A stretch of 64,000 bases of DNA from Octopus sinensis (lineage: Eukaryota): the NCBI RefSeq assembly GCF_006345805.1, contig NC_042997.1, forward strand, positions 158,472,001 through 158,536,000, given 5' to 3'. Each line of letters opens with the position of its first letter. The stretch's first letter is position 1. The notes below the pieces were generated by a model that saw only the letters and a program-made list of their open reading frames with translations, was not told where the DNA came from and searched no databases. Below are positions 26,436 to 39,204 of this stretch, piece by piece. Both the position numbers and the translations under genes were made by a program.

Positions 26436-28694
26436 ATGACTATACCTATGTTATATATATATAACAAGACTATACGTATTTATATTATTATATATATGAA
26501 TGATTATACGTATGTGCTCAAATATATATAATATATATGTATGTATGTATGTATTTGTGTATCTATGTACATGAATGTGCATGTATACATATACATGCAT
26601 GTGTGTATGTATATACATATATGTATGTGTATGTACAAATATATATGTATGTGTGGAACAGTTGCGGGACAGCTCCACGTCTCCCAAATTTTGCACTTTT
26701 GAAAATCTTAAACCCATGAAATATACTTCCATATACTTTGTTAACTTTATGTTCTTTATACCAGTATGCACCCACGTTCGTACGCACAAACATACAAACA
26801 AACAAACACATAATATTTTAGATTTGAAGGGCTCATCTTTTGAAATTCTTGTAAATCGTTCCCCAAACCCCGAGACATTTTCTTGGTGCGCTTTTAGGTG
26901 TCATGAAAAGAAAATTGGATCTCCTGCTCCTCAATCACCGAATGCCACATATCAGAGGAGGTGTCAAACCGTGAAGGTGCATGAAAACCAACATACAAAA
27001 GTATGACAGGAACCCTCGAGCTGAAACTATATATATATATATATACAATAAGGACAGTGAGAGACAGCCAGTGCTGTAAATGTACTTGTGTATACGTGTG
27101 TGAGTGTTATATTCTGTATACATGCATTACGCGCAGTATACAACACAAGAAGTAAATTAGAATTCTATCAAATATATATTTGCTTCCTCAGCAACTGGGA
27201 AAATTTCACCGTATCTGAGTGAACATCCACATATCATTTTATAAACAATGAGTCCTCCCCATGCGCAAAAGAGATATTTGAATAGCATAATCACGCAAAC
27301 ATTATACGTACACCCACTTGCATAAATGAGGATGCGTTTATACTGTAGTCACTTGAATCACCAGAAACGTTTGTCAAACCACCTTCAAATCAAATCCTTA
27401 CATTTTTAAAGGAAACAATGACACGTTCATAGACAGCGCTGAAGGAAAAAATACAAAAAAAAAATTAAAAGAAAACAAGAATCTCATGACTAATTTCTTC
27501 GATCATACATGTCATCGATCTGAGTTGACCAGTGGCTGAACAAAAGAAAAGAAAAATGCCTAAATCCACGCCACATCCATGTTCATATTCTTTATTATAC
27601 TATATGTTTTATCACTTAAGATAATTGGATTTATTACTCGTTCAGTTGTATTCATCGTTATAAAGCATAATAGCTGAGGGAAAATTATATAGGTATGCAT
27701 AGCGTCTGTATACAGTGTGCTATATATAGTAATTGATATAAATATTTGCGTGATGATGAATAAGAATTTATTCTAATAACCTTTAATATTGTTATAGGTC
27801 CTCAACTTGGTTTGGGAAGGTTATATGTAACCATTGGAATCAACAAAATACATATCTCATCTTTGTCTTACTGAGTCTGGAAGATTAATGAAATTAATCG
27901 CCAAAAGATTTGAAATTGCGGAAAGGGACAAAATGAAATATTAAACTATCGATAGAATTTTAGTAAAAAGAAATACACCAATATATCTCAGACATTGAGA
28001 TAACGTTGACAAGATCCTCCTTGTTTGTTTTATACAAAGATACCAATTTTAACTTTCAACGCGTGTATGCAGACAAAGTGGAAGCAATAGTAAACGAGTT
28101 AGCTGAATCTGCTCTTTCATTTCGTTATGTCCTCAAAATCTAAGAGTTCTAACAGTTCAAGTTTGGCGCTGCAACTCACTACGCTCTTTATAACTTTATA
28201 ATATAGTTATCCTTTGACTAATTCTCTATTGTAAAATGTCATTTCACACGTAAATAATGTCAATGAATCACTTTATGGTGTTACAATATGAACTATGACT
28301 AAAGTATATTTACCATCACGCACATACACACACATACACACACACACTCACACACATATCTTGAATATATATCGTGCAGCTCTTAACTCTCTCTACTCTT
28401 ACTCTATCCCATTCCATCTCTACCCTTACTCTTTCTCTTTCTCCACTCTTACTCTCTCTTCCCGTCCTTCTTGCCTCACTTGATCCTTTCAATTCTCTCT
28501 CTGTCTCTGTTTCTTTTTCATTGTCTCTCTCTCTGTCCCCACTCTTTCTCTCTTATTCTATTTATTTCTATCTCTATTTTTATTCTATCCTTTTCTCCAC
28601 TCTTACTCTCTTTTTCCATCATTACTTGCCTCCCTTGTACCTGTTTCTTCTCTCCCTGTTACTCTGTTTCCCCATTCCCTCTACTTCTTCGTTT

Positions 28695-28728
<34 letters not shown>

Positions 28729-28749
28729 AATACTTCCTTTTCCCTACCA

Positions 28750-30750
28750 CGTGACCGGTGTCCGGGGATGGTGGTGTTGTTCTTTTTCGCCTTACTTTGA
28801 CCATACTGGCCATGCAGGTCTGAGCTCCTGCTACGTCCACTAGGGCTTACCCCATTTCCTCTTTGCGTAACCCCACTATGTTCGTTCGATAGCTGCAAAG
28901 AACTTTCTGTTGTATTTATGGAATACACTGAACAGCAAAAGAACCGCGATTTTTTTAGATGTCATTTTTATATTGTAAATTCTGAAAATTCACTTCGGGG
29001 ATAAGTAAGTGTAAGTGTTCCAAGACATGGTAGTTTATGGTTGAGACCCAAATTGCAGGTAATCTTTCGATTTTCCATGAAACGAGAAACCAAACGCAGC
29101 TGCGTTGAATGCTGTGGGCGGATCGGGGTGTCATTGCCAAGCTTGGTGTCTCAGAGGTGTTCCGCGAACCGGTCAGCCAAGAGGCGTCTCGTTTGATCGA
29201 TGTACAGAGGACAGAGAGAGCAGGAGATGCAGTAAATAACATTACTTGAGGTAAAGGTAAAGGAGTCGGTGATGTGATAGGGACGGTTATGGGTACCAGT
29301 GTGGTACTGGAGAGGTAGGAGTAGGTGCGACAGGGTGAACGGGAGCAAGGGACGGAGCCAGGCTGGGAGGCAGGTGTAGGGACGGTCACGCAAGGTATAG
29401 GCTCGTTTGAAGGAGAGAAGGGGTAGGTTAGGGAAGATGTGCGAAGGGTGGGCCTGTAGTCGACGGAAAGCTCGCTCGGAGAACGGTGCGTTGGAGGGGT
29501 TGGATGGAGGGGGTGATAGGTAAGAGGAAAGGGAGACGGGTAAGGGTGGGGTGACTGTGGGAAGAAAGAACAGATGCATAGTACACTAATCGTCCCCGGT
29601 TAAGGGTAGTGTGGATAATCGCGTGGGGATATCCACGTAGGTTGAAGTGCTGAGCTATGAGTTGAGACTGAGTCTCAAAATCATAGTCGCCATTGCAGAG
29701 CCTGCGTAGGCGGAGGAATTGGGAATAGGAAATGGAGAGTTTGGTGTGGGTAGGGTGGAGAACTTAAGGTATGAGTGTGAGAACTTAAGGTATGAGTGTG
29801 AGTCAGTGTATTTGTACTGGGTGGAGATGGTGAGGGTGGAGTAGTATATGCTGACAGAATTGTCGAGAAATTCGATGGAAGAGTTAGAGATAGTACAGGA
29901 GATTTCGAGGGCAGAATAGAAGCACGGGTCAGCACGGGTTTCGAACTCGTTACTGGGCAGAGTGAGAGCGATGAAGCGCAGACTCTTACTGAGAAGAGAG
30001 CGCACCGCTTCAGAGAGGAGGAGAACCGGACGAATTGTAACAACAGACTGAAGTGGGAGGAGGGGGAGTTAGGTCGGGGAAGGTGAAGGTGGTGGTAGAA
30101 GTCTGAGAGGAAAGAGGAGGAAGATGTGCGTAGGAGATTTGGAGTAATGGAAGGGTGGGAGTGAAGATGAGCGGCAGTGGGTCGGAGATGGAGGGAGATG
30201 GGTAATTGTAGTGGCATCGGGTGGGACAGGATGAAAGGGTGAGTGGAGTTTGTTATTTAGTGCGAGCGATAAAGTCGTGGAAAATGTGGTTTAAGTGGAA
30301 GATAAACTGTAAGGTGGAATGTACAATTGATGATGAGCAGTAGGAAAAGAGGTGGAATAAGCAAAAGGGATAGACGGTCGAGGGTGTGTATTTGTGAGAG
30401 ATTGGAACGAATGGTGGAACGCATAAGGCGATAGGGAACAGTGCGAAGTATGGGTAAGATGGCTGAAGCAGAATGGAAAGTAGAGTTGAAATGGAGGCGA
30501 AAATATTTGGGGATGAGGTGGTGGTGAGGGCAGCGACCGAGAAACGTGGCTACAAAACTACAAAAGCGATTTTTTTTTTGAAAATCAGTAGGGGAAACAA
30601 TATATTAGAAGGTTGAAAGCAGCGGATACGAAACGTGATAAAGTTTTTGTTTTTAAAGGTGAAGGTGAACAAGGAAGGATTTATAATTAGACATGTTGGG
30701 AAAAAGAGGAAAGAGAAAAAGTTAAAATGGTGAGAGAATGGCAAGGATAT
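28750..30750 (-). mobile_element. Penelope-like element, internally deleted, with N-terminal region, RT C-terminus and GIY-YIG endonuclease
   Basis: HHHLIPKYFRLHF...RLMRSTIR (N-terminus), RSLLSKSLRF, EFLDNSVSI...YKYTDSHSYL (RT), FTFTSSNVIYCISCSLCPLYIDQTRRLLADRFAEHL (GIY-YIG). The adjacent pyrimidine tract at 28385-28745 is probably 3' UTR. Confidence 0.88.
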
Positions 30751-31008
30751 TAACGTACGGAGTTTAAAAAATCAGAAAGTTCAAATGTCGTGGTAGATTA
30801 GAGCGATTTACATCAACGAAAATAGCCAGTGAGATCCGTGGAGTCCGAAAGAGTACGAAGATCCAGTGGTAATCCGGGTGGAGTGCTGCTTATCTGGACG
30901 AGAAGAGGTACAGAAAGTTCGAGAATTAGCTAGGATTCAAGTCCAAGAGATTAAGAAGTTCAGTCAGGCAGGATTAAACTAAGGTAACCACTTGTACGTA
31001 TAATATAA

Positions 31009-31207
31009 GAGCTGGCAGAAACATTAACACGCTGGGTGAAATGCTTAGCGGTATTTTTACGTTCTGAGTTCAAATTCTGCCGGGCTTGACTTTGCCTTTC
31101 ATCCTTTCGGGGTCGAAAAATTAAGTACCAGTTGCGTACTGGGTCGATCTAATCGACTGGCCCCCTACCGAAAAATTTCAGGCCTTGTGCATTTGGGTAG
31201 AAGTGAA
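31009..31207 (+). mobile_element. SINE (GAGCTGGCAGAA family)
   Basis: GAGCTGGCAGAAAC...GAGTTCAAATTC (B-box-like)...CATCCTTTCGGGGTCG...AAGTACCAGTTG...ATTTCAGGCCTTGTGC. Relatives at 36936, 60905 and 61109. Confidence 0.82.
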
Positions 31208-31214
31208 TATATAG

Positions 31215-31340
31215 TTCAACTTTACGGAAAACAAAAGACGAAGACAGGTGTAGGAACACAAAGCATGTATTTTAGTTTAACTCCTGGGTAAAAATGGAAA
31301 AGTCTTTTACGTTTCGAGCCTATGCTCTTCGAAGAAAGGA
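31215..31340 (-). mobile_element. Short PLE-end-like repeat (family also at 43995-44165 + and 51660-51850 -)
   Basis: Shared CTTTCTGTYGAAGAGCRTAGGCTCGAAACGTAAAAGACTTT and ACACCTGTCTTCG segments. Confidence 0.65.
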
Positions 31341-31630
31341 TTAAGAATGATAATAATAATAATAATAATGATAATGATGATAAAGGTAAAGTTAACTCTA
31401 ACAAACGAAGGTGCACAAGTGTGTGTGTGTATGTGAGAATAGTGTGTGTGAGTGTGTATGGTTGAATGGGGCGAGTGTGCCTAACGTGTGTTTGTGTGCG
31501 TTGAGTGTAGCAGTTGATGTGTGCTTGTTGAGGATGTGTATGTGATGAAATAGTGTGCATGTGTATAGTGTATGTTTGTGGGCAAAAGTTATCGTTGCCG
31601 ATGCGTGTAGCGTATGTTTATGCGTATTGC

Positions 31631-31673
<43 letters not shown>

Positions 31674-34600
31674 ACTTACCACTCAGCGAGGTATTACATA
31701 TATTATCGGAACCATTTCAGATGGTAAAATTTCACTTTAGCTATATAAATCGTATTAGCTTGTGGGCTAGATATAATTGCTGGACCTGTGTTGCATTGTT
31801 AAATTATTTTTGCACGATGAATAATGGTGAAGTAAACCAAGAAGAATTATCAAAGATGGAAAAATTAATGAAAGCTGCCAACAGAAGAACACAAAAGCAT
31901 ACAAAAGCCAGTGAAGCAAGAATTATAGCAAGAATGAGAATGCCTGGACAAAAGGATTTCGCATGGCACCGGTAGCAAAAAAAAACAAACTTTATAACGT
32001 AGTGCATGGATATGCAAAATATAGAGGAGATTATGAGCTTTCGCTGGCCCGGAAACAAAAGCTAAGTTCAGCTGTAAAGAATTATATACCTACACAAAGA
32101 TTTTTTTTATTTTTCTGCAATAGGGAATATTTACAAAGAAAAACAACCCAGGCTAGATTCTGTAGGACCATATTATTTCATAAATATAGTGTTAGAAGCT
32201 AATATGATGTCGTTTTGACAGCCACGAGTTGAATTAGAAGTAGAAACACGAAATATCTGTCGGAAAATCAGGAGTAGACTATGATTAGTTATCTCTGACG
32301 AAATGTAAAACTATTTGCTTGCTTCTGGTGTTACAACATATTTCTTTGCTCTTATAAAGCTATGAGCTGTAAATTACTTTGGAAATAAAATTATCATCAC
32401 CGAACTTGACAGTTAGGAATTAAGTTGCAGTATGCAGGACTCCATCATCAATTTTGCATCATTTCCATATCTCAACAAATAAGGAAAATCATTATCATAA
32501 GTTGTAAAGAGTAATAGAAACGGAAAAAATTATAGTACATAAAGAATAATTGAAAAAAGTTATAATGTTGATCAAGAATGATACATTATCAACGGTTTAA
32601 AACAGATTATATTTCTGAATTCAAAGAAATGGATTCTGGATGCAATAACCCCTTTTTATCCTAAGCATCTCAGAATATTTCAGTTCTAGGCAAAGATGTG
32701 AAGTTTGACAGAACATCTATTGGACAAGCAATTTTGCATTTAACCAAACACTGAGTAATTTATGGCTTCACTTAAATTTGTTTCAGGATTTCTGTTATCA
32801 TTTTGCATGTATATTCTTCGATGTATATTCTTTTGACTTTGGATTATGTTGCACTTAAGCTGAGCTGAAATGAACAGAGTGGTGTGCTACAATCGGTCAA
32901 GTAACTGAAATTCCAAATCTCACAGCAAAATTATCTGTGCAATACGATACTGATAATTTAGACAACTATACATGTACTCTTAATGATTAGAACGCATTTC
33001 ATGTCATTACAGCAATTACACAGTTTTCCTAGAATATCAGTCACAGCTGATGATATATCTCTAATTGGAAAGACCACCTGTTGACTATTTATTTCAAAAT
33101 GATGAGAGTTGCAATTACCAACAGTTAAAACATAACAATCTTATAAAGCATCTATTACTGCAATGTTTGTACAGAATATCTCGATCACTAAGTTGAGCTT
33201 TTCCTTATACAATAATTCAACTTGTACACATAGACGACCATTTTAAAAAGTCACCTATTTTAAACATGCCCATGTTTGCATGAAGTCTTGGTAACATGAC
33301 ATTTTTTTTATTCTACGCAACCAATAGTCAATTCACATGCAGAGGGGAAAAGGTTGCACTTTTGGCATGTGACTGAACGTTGTAATTGAAAATAATTTCG
33401 GAAATGTATACCTTCTACGAGGGAAATTGGTTCATTCATAAATTTGGGTTGTTTCCCAATTATGATAATTTTTAGGTGCATTTGGACACATCACGTAATG
33501 ATTATATACAAGCTAGTAAATCTCTAATGGAAGATCTACTAGTATTTATATAAGAAAGTACTTCAATAAACCACACATGGTAAGGCGATCTCAAGATTAT
33601 TAAACGCAATGCAGACACTTGGTCCATCAATATCAACATTAGACAACCCTTGGAATTGTCTTCTGTTTCAAGATCATATAATTCATTCGTATTAATAAAT
33701 TATTATCTCAATATGTTTTAAACATACCATAACCTGTTCAAATATCTTTTTGACCCATTATTATTTTTCGCATGCGCTTTTATGACTCCCGAAAACATGG
33801 TACTTGTCCAATTCATGGACTTGTCTACTTGATGTTCATGTTTACTAGTCAAATTGATGTTTCTGTCTTATGTAATGTAATCACGTGCACTTCGCATTTT
33901 CGCAGCAAAATACGGGTTTATAATGCAAGTATAAATATCATCAGACAGATCCAGTCTCTTTGAAATATGCACTTTCGATAATTTATCCTATCAAATGCCA
34001 TACAGTTACTTCCTGTATTTAACTTCAGTATTGCACGAAGTGAGAACATAATCCATTTTTTTATATCTATCTAAATATCTTTTGTAAATATCTCTTCTGA
34101 CAGATTTACTTAGAACTTCCTTTGCAAATCCCAGAGCACCTTCACTTTTATTTCTTTGGCTACGATGATATTGTTACTATTACAGTAATACTTTAGGAAT
34201 AAGTTCAAACACACTGCATACACTTCATGCTTTAAATTTCCGGTGGTTCTTGTCTTACGAATGGCATTTTTATTTAGCATCGGACTCATTTCTCAATACC
34301 ATCCGATTTTATACATCTATATTTCCAATGAAAGATCCGCTTGTAACAAGTAATAACAAATACTCGACAGAAGGCGAGTTTTGGCTTGGCTTTATAACTC
34401 ATAATCAAATCTTTCCCAATATTTTTAGTTCAGTATCAAATTACCGCTACAGAGAGTAAGCTCTGGTGTAACGCAAGAAAACACCTTTTTTTTTCACATT
34501 TTTTGCTTGGCGTATCACATCCAGGTTAAACTACTTTTTCACTTCGTAATTTTATTCTCTTGAGTGAATCTATATCTTCTTGAGAAGGAGCTTTTGTAAT

Positions 34601-35686
34601 TTTCCTCTCCTGTCATCTCTCTGCTGATTTTGATTGATTTCAACTGAAATACTTATTAATTTTCATTCACTTACTGTCGCCTGATGATTGTTTCCCATTG
34701 ACATTTTTTAACTCCTGCCGAGTCTGATAAATTTATTTTCGCGTTTTCTTTTTTACTATATCCATACATTAATCTATATTCTTTTTCAATTTTTGTTAAA
34801 AATAAAGGTTTCTATTTGTTTATATTTGACAAGTATCGCCAATCCTCTGGAGATTAACATATTTTTCTGTTGCTAAATCTATGATTTTTTTTCCTATTGT
34901 TTTGCTTATGTTTACTTCTTTAGTATATTCTGTTTTATTTATTCTCCCCGATATCGTTGATCATTGTCAACAGCAACTCTGTGGGTCTCTTACCAATACT
35001 ATTTAGATATGACCTGTCTCAAAGCATGTGTTCCCAAAACGATATAATATTCTCTTGAAATATTACATTTAAGATATCATTTCAGTTGTTTATAATCTGC
35101 ACTCTCCCACTTCATAAAACACTTATCGTGGGATAATGCAGTGATCACTGACATGTGTAGATAGTCAGCATTACTTCGAGGTAAAGAAACAACTGTCAGA
35201 CTCTGGTTTTGTATCATGGGCAGTGTTGGCATATAACACCTGGAATGGTTTTATTTACTGTAATTTTTGCACTATGTACAACATTGTGAATACAGTTACA
35301 GTCTCTAACCCTCCTCTTACGTTCAATAAATATTTCTTGAGGTAAAAGTTACATCATATAATTTAACAGTGGATGTAGTTAGTCACAGTAGATTTTCACT
35401 TTGTTCATCAAGCCAAAATACTGGTCTTTGCTATTTTACAATTATCTCAATTAATGTTGAATTGAAAACTCCATGAAAAATGCGTAAAAAAATGTTCATT
35501 TCTTCTGCAAATACGTCTACCAAGTATCTCTTAAGATTGTTCGATGTTGCTTTACTTTGATGTTTTTCTTTCCAGTTGGTGTAGTTGAAACACTCTTGTA
35601 CTCCGTGTCCATGTTGCATATTCAATCCATATACGTATACATCCATAAATATGTATTATACACGCACGCTCGCACACACACACTCA

Positions 35687-35744
<58 letters not shown>

Positions 35745-36489
35745 CGTGTGTGTGTGTGTGTATTGCTTTCTGATGAGACTGCAGCAAACTTGTTAGAGTG
35801 TTAGACTGATAGTTTCGCGTTATTCCCGAATCTCTTCGCACTGACTACACATTCGACCGAGGCAACGCTTTCATGTTTTATGTCTCTATGAATATATAAC
35901 AATCCAACGCTATGAATTAGCGGAACTCTTTAAGGGATCGACAAAATATATTGCAGAATTTGATCAGTTAATGTCATTCTAACGTCAACGCCTGAAACTA
36001 CACTATTGTCAAGTTGCATCAATCTTTACAGAAATCCCTTTCTTTCGAAAATACAGTTAGTATGGAGAGGCCAGATTTGTAGGCATGTGTATCTCCTTGT
36101 TTTTATTTTAAAATCCGTACTTAGGCGTACTATAAGTGCAGATAGATGGTCAACACTGAGCGGAAGCTGTTTACTGATGTACATCAACGAATGGTGCAAA
36201 CAACCAAACGATGGGGAGAAGTAACAAAAGGAAAAAATCCAGTGTCTTTCGACACTTTGCAAAATTTACTCCGCATCGAGTTGCAGAGGCACCTCCGTCA
36301 TTGATGCCTTCAGAAATGCAGTGAACCAGTGACTGATACACTGTAAATTGGGAACCAATCGTAGTTATTGCTTTCCACTATACTATAAAATAAATAATTT
36401 ATCCCAGGGAATATATCTAGAAAGGTACAGTTTCTACTAGGCCGAATGATCTAAAATATATCACGTTAAAACAAAGCATTCAACAGTGT

Positions 36490-36690
36490 TCTCAAGGTTA
36501 GGTTATGAAATCTACATGATACCTACACACCCAGAACCACCTCGGACAGCAACACCGCTTTCAGCCTAGATATACGGTCCATGTACTTCAGCATACCATT
36601 GGCTGCAGCAACACAAACAATCCAAGAGCGACTAGAGTAAATCCAGAAGCAGGTAACGGACTTCCCACTAGTAAGCCTTAAATCCATCCT
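36490..36690 (+). pseudogene. Possible ancient CR1/L2-like LINE fragment
   Basis: Weak similarity only: SNTAFSL and ERLE*IQKQVT resemble LEYxxxxWSP and LERVQRRAT. Confidence 0.25.
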
Positions 36691-36935
36691 AGTGTTTTTA
36701 AGATCCATGTGCATGTGGCGAAAATCTCAGACAATAGATCAATGTGTGTGTGTGTGTGAATATTTGAAGTCTGTCAGACACTGGGCCGAAATAATGAAAA
36801 TCACTAACGAATCATTAGACACATTAATACATAAATACATATACAACAAAAAAGCCTTTCACACAAGAGTGCAAGTATTGGTCGCAAATCTTTGCAGGAT
36901 GAGAGTTTATGTTAATTACATCTCTCGCTGTGCCT

Positions 36936-37066
36936 AACTGGTACTTCCGTTATCGGCTCCGAATAGATGAGAGGTAAAGTCGAACTCGGCGGAATTTTAA
37001 CTCAGAAGAAATGCCGCAAAGTATTTTGCCCGGCACGCTAATGATTCTGCCATCTTGCCGCTTTAT
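36936..37066 (-). mobile_element. SINE (31009 family) fragment
   Basis: Reverse complement gives GGCAGAATCATTAGCGTGCCGGGCAAAATAC...GAGTTAAAATTCCGCCGAGTTCGACTTT...GTACCAGTT. Confidence 0.75.
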
Positions 37067-37871
37067 ATCAGTGTAAGTATTGAAAGAGTTAATGAATGCA
37101 TCACAGTGGTAAACAGTTTCATACCGTAAAGTAATGCTTAGGTTGAGAATTAGGAAAGTTGCTTATTGTACTTACAGAGAATAAGTTTTGATTTATAGAT
37201 GTATGATGTGTGTGGTGATGTAGTTCAACATTTAATTGCAATTATCGATTTCTTTGAATGTTAAATTGGGTGTAAGTAGGTGAGCCGAGGTTCATAAAAT
37301 TTGAGGGAAATTTTTTATCTTGGTTATGAGAAAATTAAGTTTTAAGTAGCTTAGTATGATAGGGTTGGGTATGATGATGAATAATTGCAAAAAAAAAAAT
37401 AAAAAGGAGTATATGTGTATTTATTTGCAAGGGGATACAATGTTGAGAGCATATAATTGTAGTTCGAAAGCGATAAAAATTAGAAACTAAAGCGAATAAA
37501 CAAACTAAGAAACAAAAGCGTGTGTTTTCAAAAGAATGAGATCAATTTGAATAGCATAGAGTGGATATTAGGACACATGTTCAAGTTGGTTCCTAGTCTT
37601 GTATAATTGTGGGAAATGGTAAAAATGAGATGTTGTGTAAAACTGAAAATTGCATGTAGGTTTGTGAGTATATGGTGTTAGGAAGATGGGTTAGAAGTAA
37701 TGGAGTGTTAACTGGAGCCGGTGCTATAAGGAACATATAAAGTTACAGTATGACATATATCAATGTATATAAACAAACTTACATTTAACAAACAACACGC
37801 ATCTATACAGGCATATTTGTGTGAGAGTGTTTGTGTGCATGCGTGCGGGCGAGTGTACCGATGTATATATG

Positions 37872-37975
<104 letters not shown>

Positions 37976-38234
37976 TTATAATATATTCTATACTCGTAAA
38001 TCACATCTGCACAAAGTAATCGAATGTTGGGGTTAGTAATGTATATATTATATATATATGTATATATATATACATACATTTGTATATATGTATATATATA
38101 TACACATTTATATATATATATTTGTATACATATATACATATATACATACATTTATCTATATATACATTATACATTTATATGTAAATATACATTTATATAT
38201 ATATACATTATACATTAATGTATATGTATATACA

Positions 38235-38290
<56 letters not shown>

Positions 38291-38389
38291 TTTTAGACGT
38301 AGTCATCAAGTCATACTGAAAAGAACAAGTGTGAAATGAAAATAGTAAAAAAAATGGGAATTTGGTTTACAGTTTTCCTGATCGAAGAG

Positions 38390-39130
38390 GATTGCTAGTG
38401 GATTGCCACTAGCAATCACCCATGCTCGCAATAGAAGATTCAATTCTTTCTTCTCCCACTTTCGTGCCATCTTCGTTTCTGCAGCCTAGAGTGGGGTAGA
38501 GGATAGAGAGGAACTGAGAAATATAGGGATGAAATAGGGAAAGTGAGAGGGTTATATGAAGGAAAGAGAGAAGGTGATATGAAGAAAAGAGAGCGGAGTG
38601 GGATGTTAGCGTGCCAGAAGGAGGTAGATGAGGGGGAGAGAAAGAGAGACAGAGCGAGGAAGAGGATCGGAAGAGAATGAGAGACAAAGTGAAGGAGAGG
38701 AGGGGAAGAGAAAGAGACAGAGGGATGGAGAGGATGGGAAGAGAAAAGGAGACAGAGTGGGGGAGAAACAGGAAAGGATAAAGGATGTGAGGGAAATGGA
38801 GAAACGGAGTGAGAAGAGGAGGGAAGATGAAAAGTGTATAAAGGAGAGGATGAGGTAGATGTTGAGAAGGAAGAAAATAGGAAAGGGAGGGAGGGACAAT
38901 TGTCATGTCTTTATATAGGATGTAAATAGGAAATTAGTTTTATATAATCCAGACCTGAAGATTGGCAGTATAGTCGGATTGATATGATATTGAATTTATA
39001 TTTCAGCACTACCAATAGATATATTGTCATGAAACGCGCGTTGTCTATATAATTTAATATATGATTCAGAATAGTAATTGTAGATATTAATTTGATAAAA
39101 TGTAATCTTGTATATCTCTATCATAGATAA
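38390..39130 (+). mobile_element. PLE 3'-end/pLTR-like fragment (purine-rich tract followed by a hammerhead)
   Basis: A 12-bp perfect hairpin at the left end, a GA-rich tract at 38500-38900, then the HHR at 38951 and an AT-rich tail. Confidence 0.55.
38951..39046 (+). ncRNA. Minimal type I hammerhead ribozyme with palindromic stem III and long stem II
   Basis: AGAC-CUGAAGA-U UGGCAGUAUA...UAUAUUGUCA U-GAAAC GCGC GU-U/GUCU. Stem III is the palindrome ACGCGCGU. Confidence 0.78.
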
Positions 39131-39204
39131 TGTCGTTCAATGTAGTTTGAGTTGCTTGAAGGTGGTTCTGTCTCTTAAACCTATATATATAGAGCCTTCT
39201 ACAG

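Noticed and set aside
31553-32202. ORFs 31553-31975 and 31963-32202 as downstream exons
   Set aside because: The first starts in microsatellite, there are no clear splice sites, and no homology is recognised.
32200-35400. Possible very old LINE or hAT remnant on the minus strand
   Set aside because: Motifs are too degenerate and contradictory to call.
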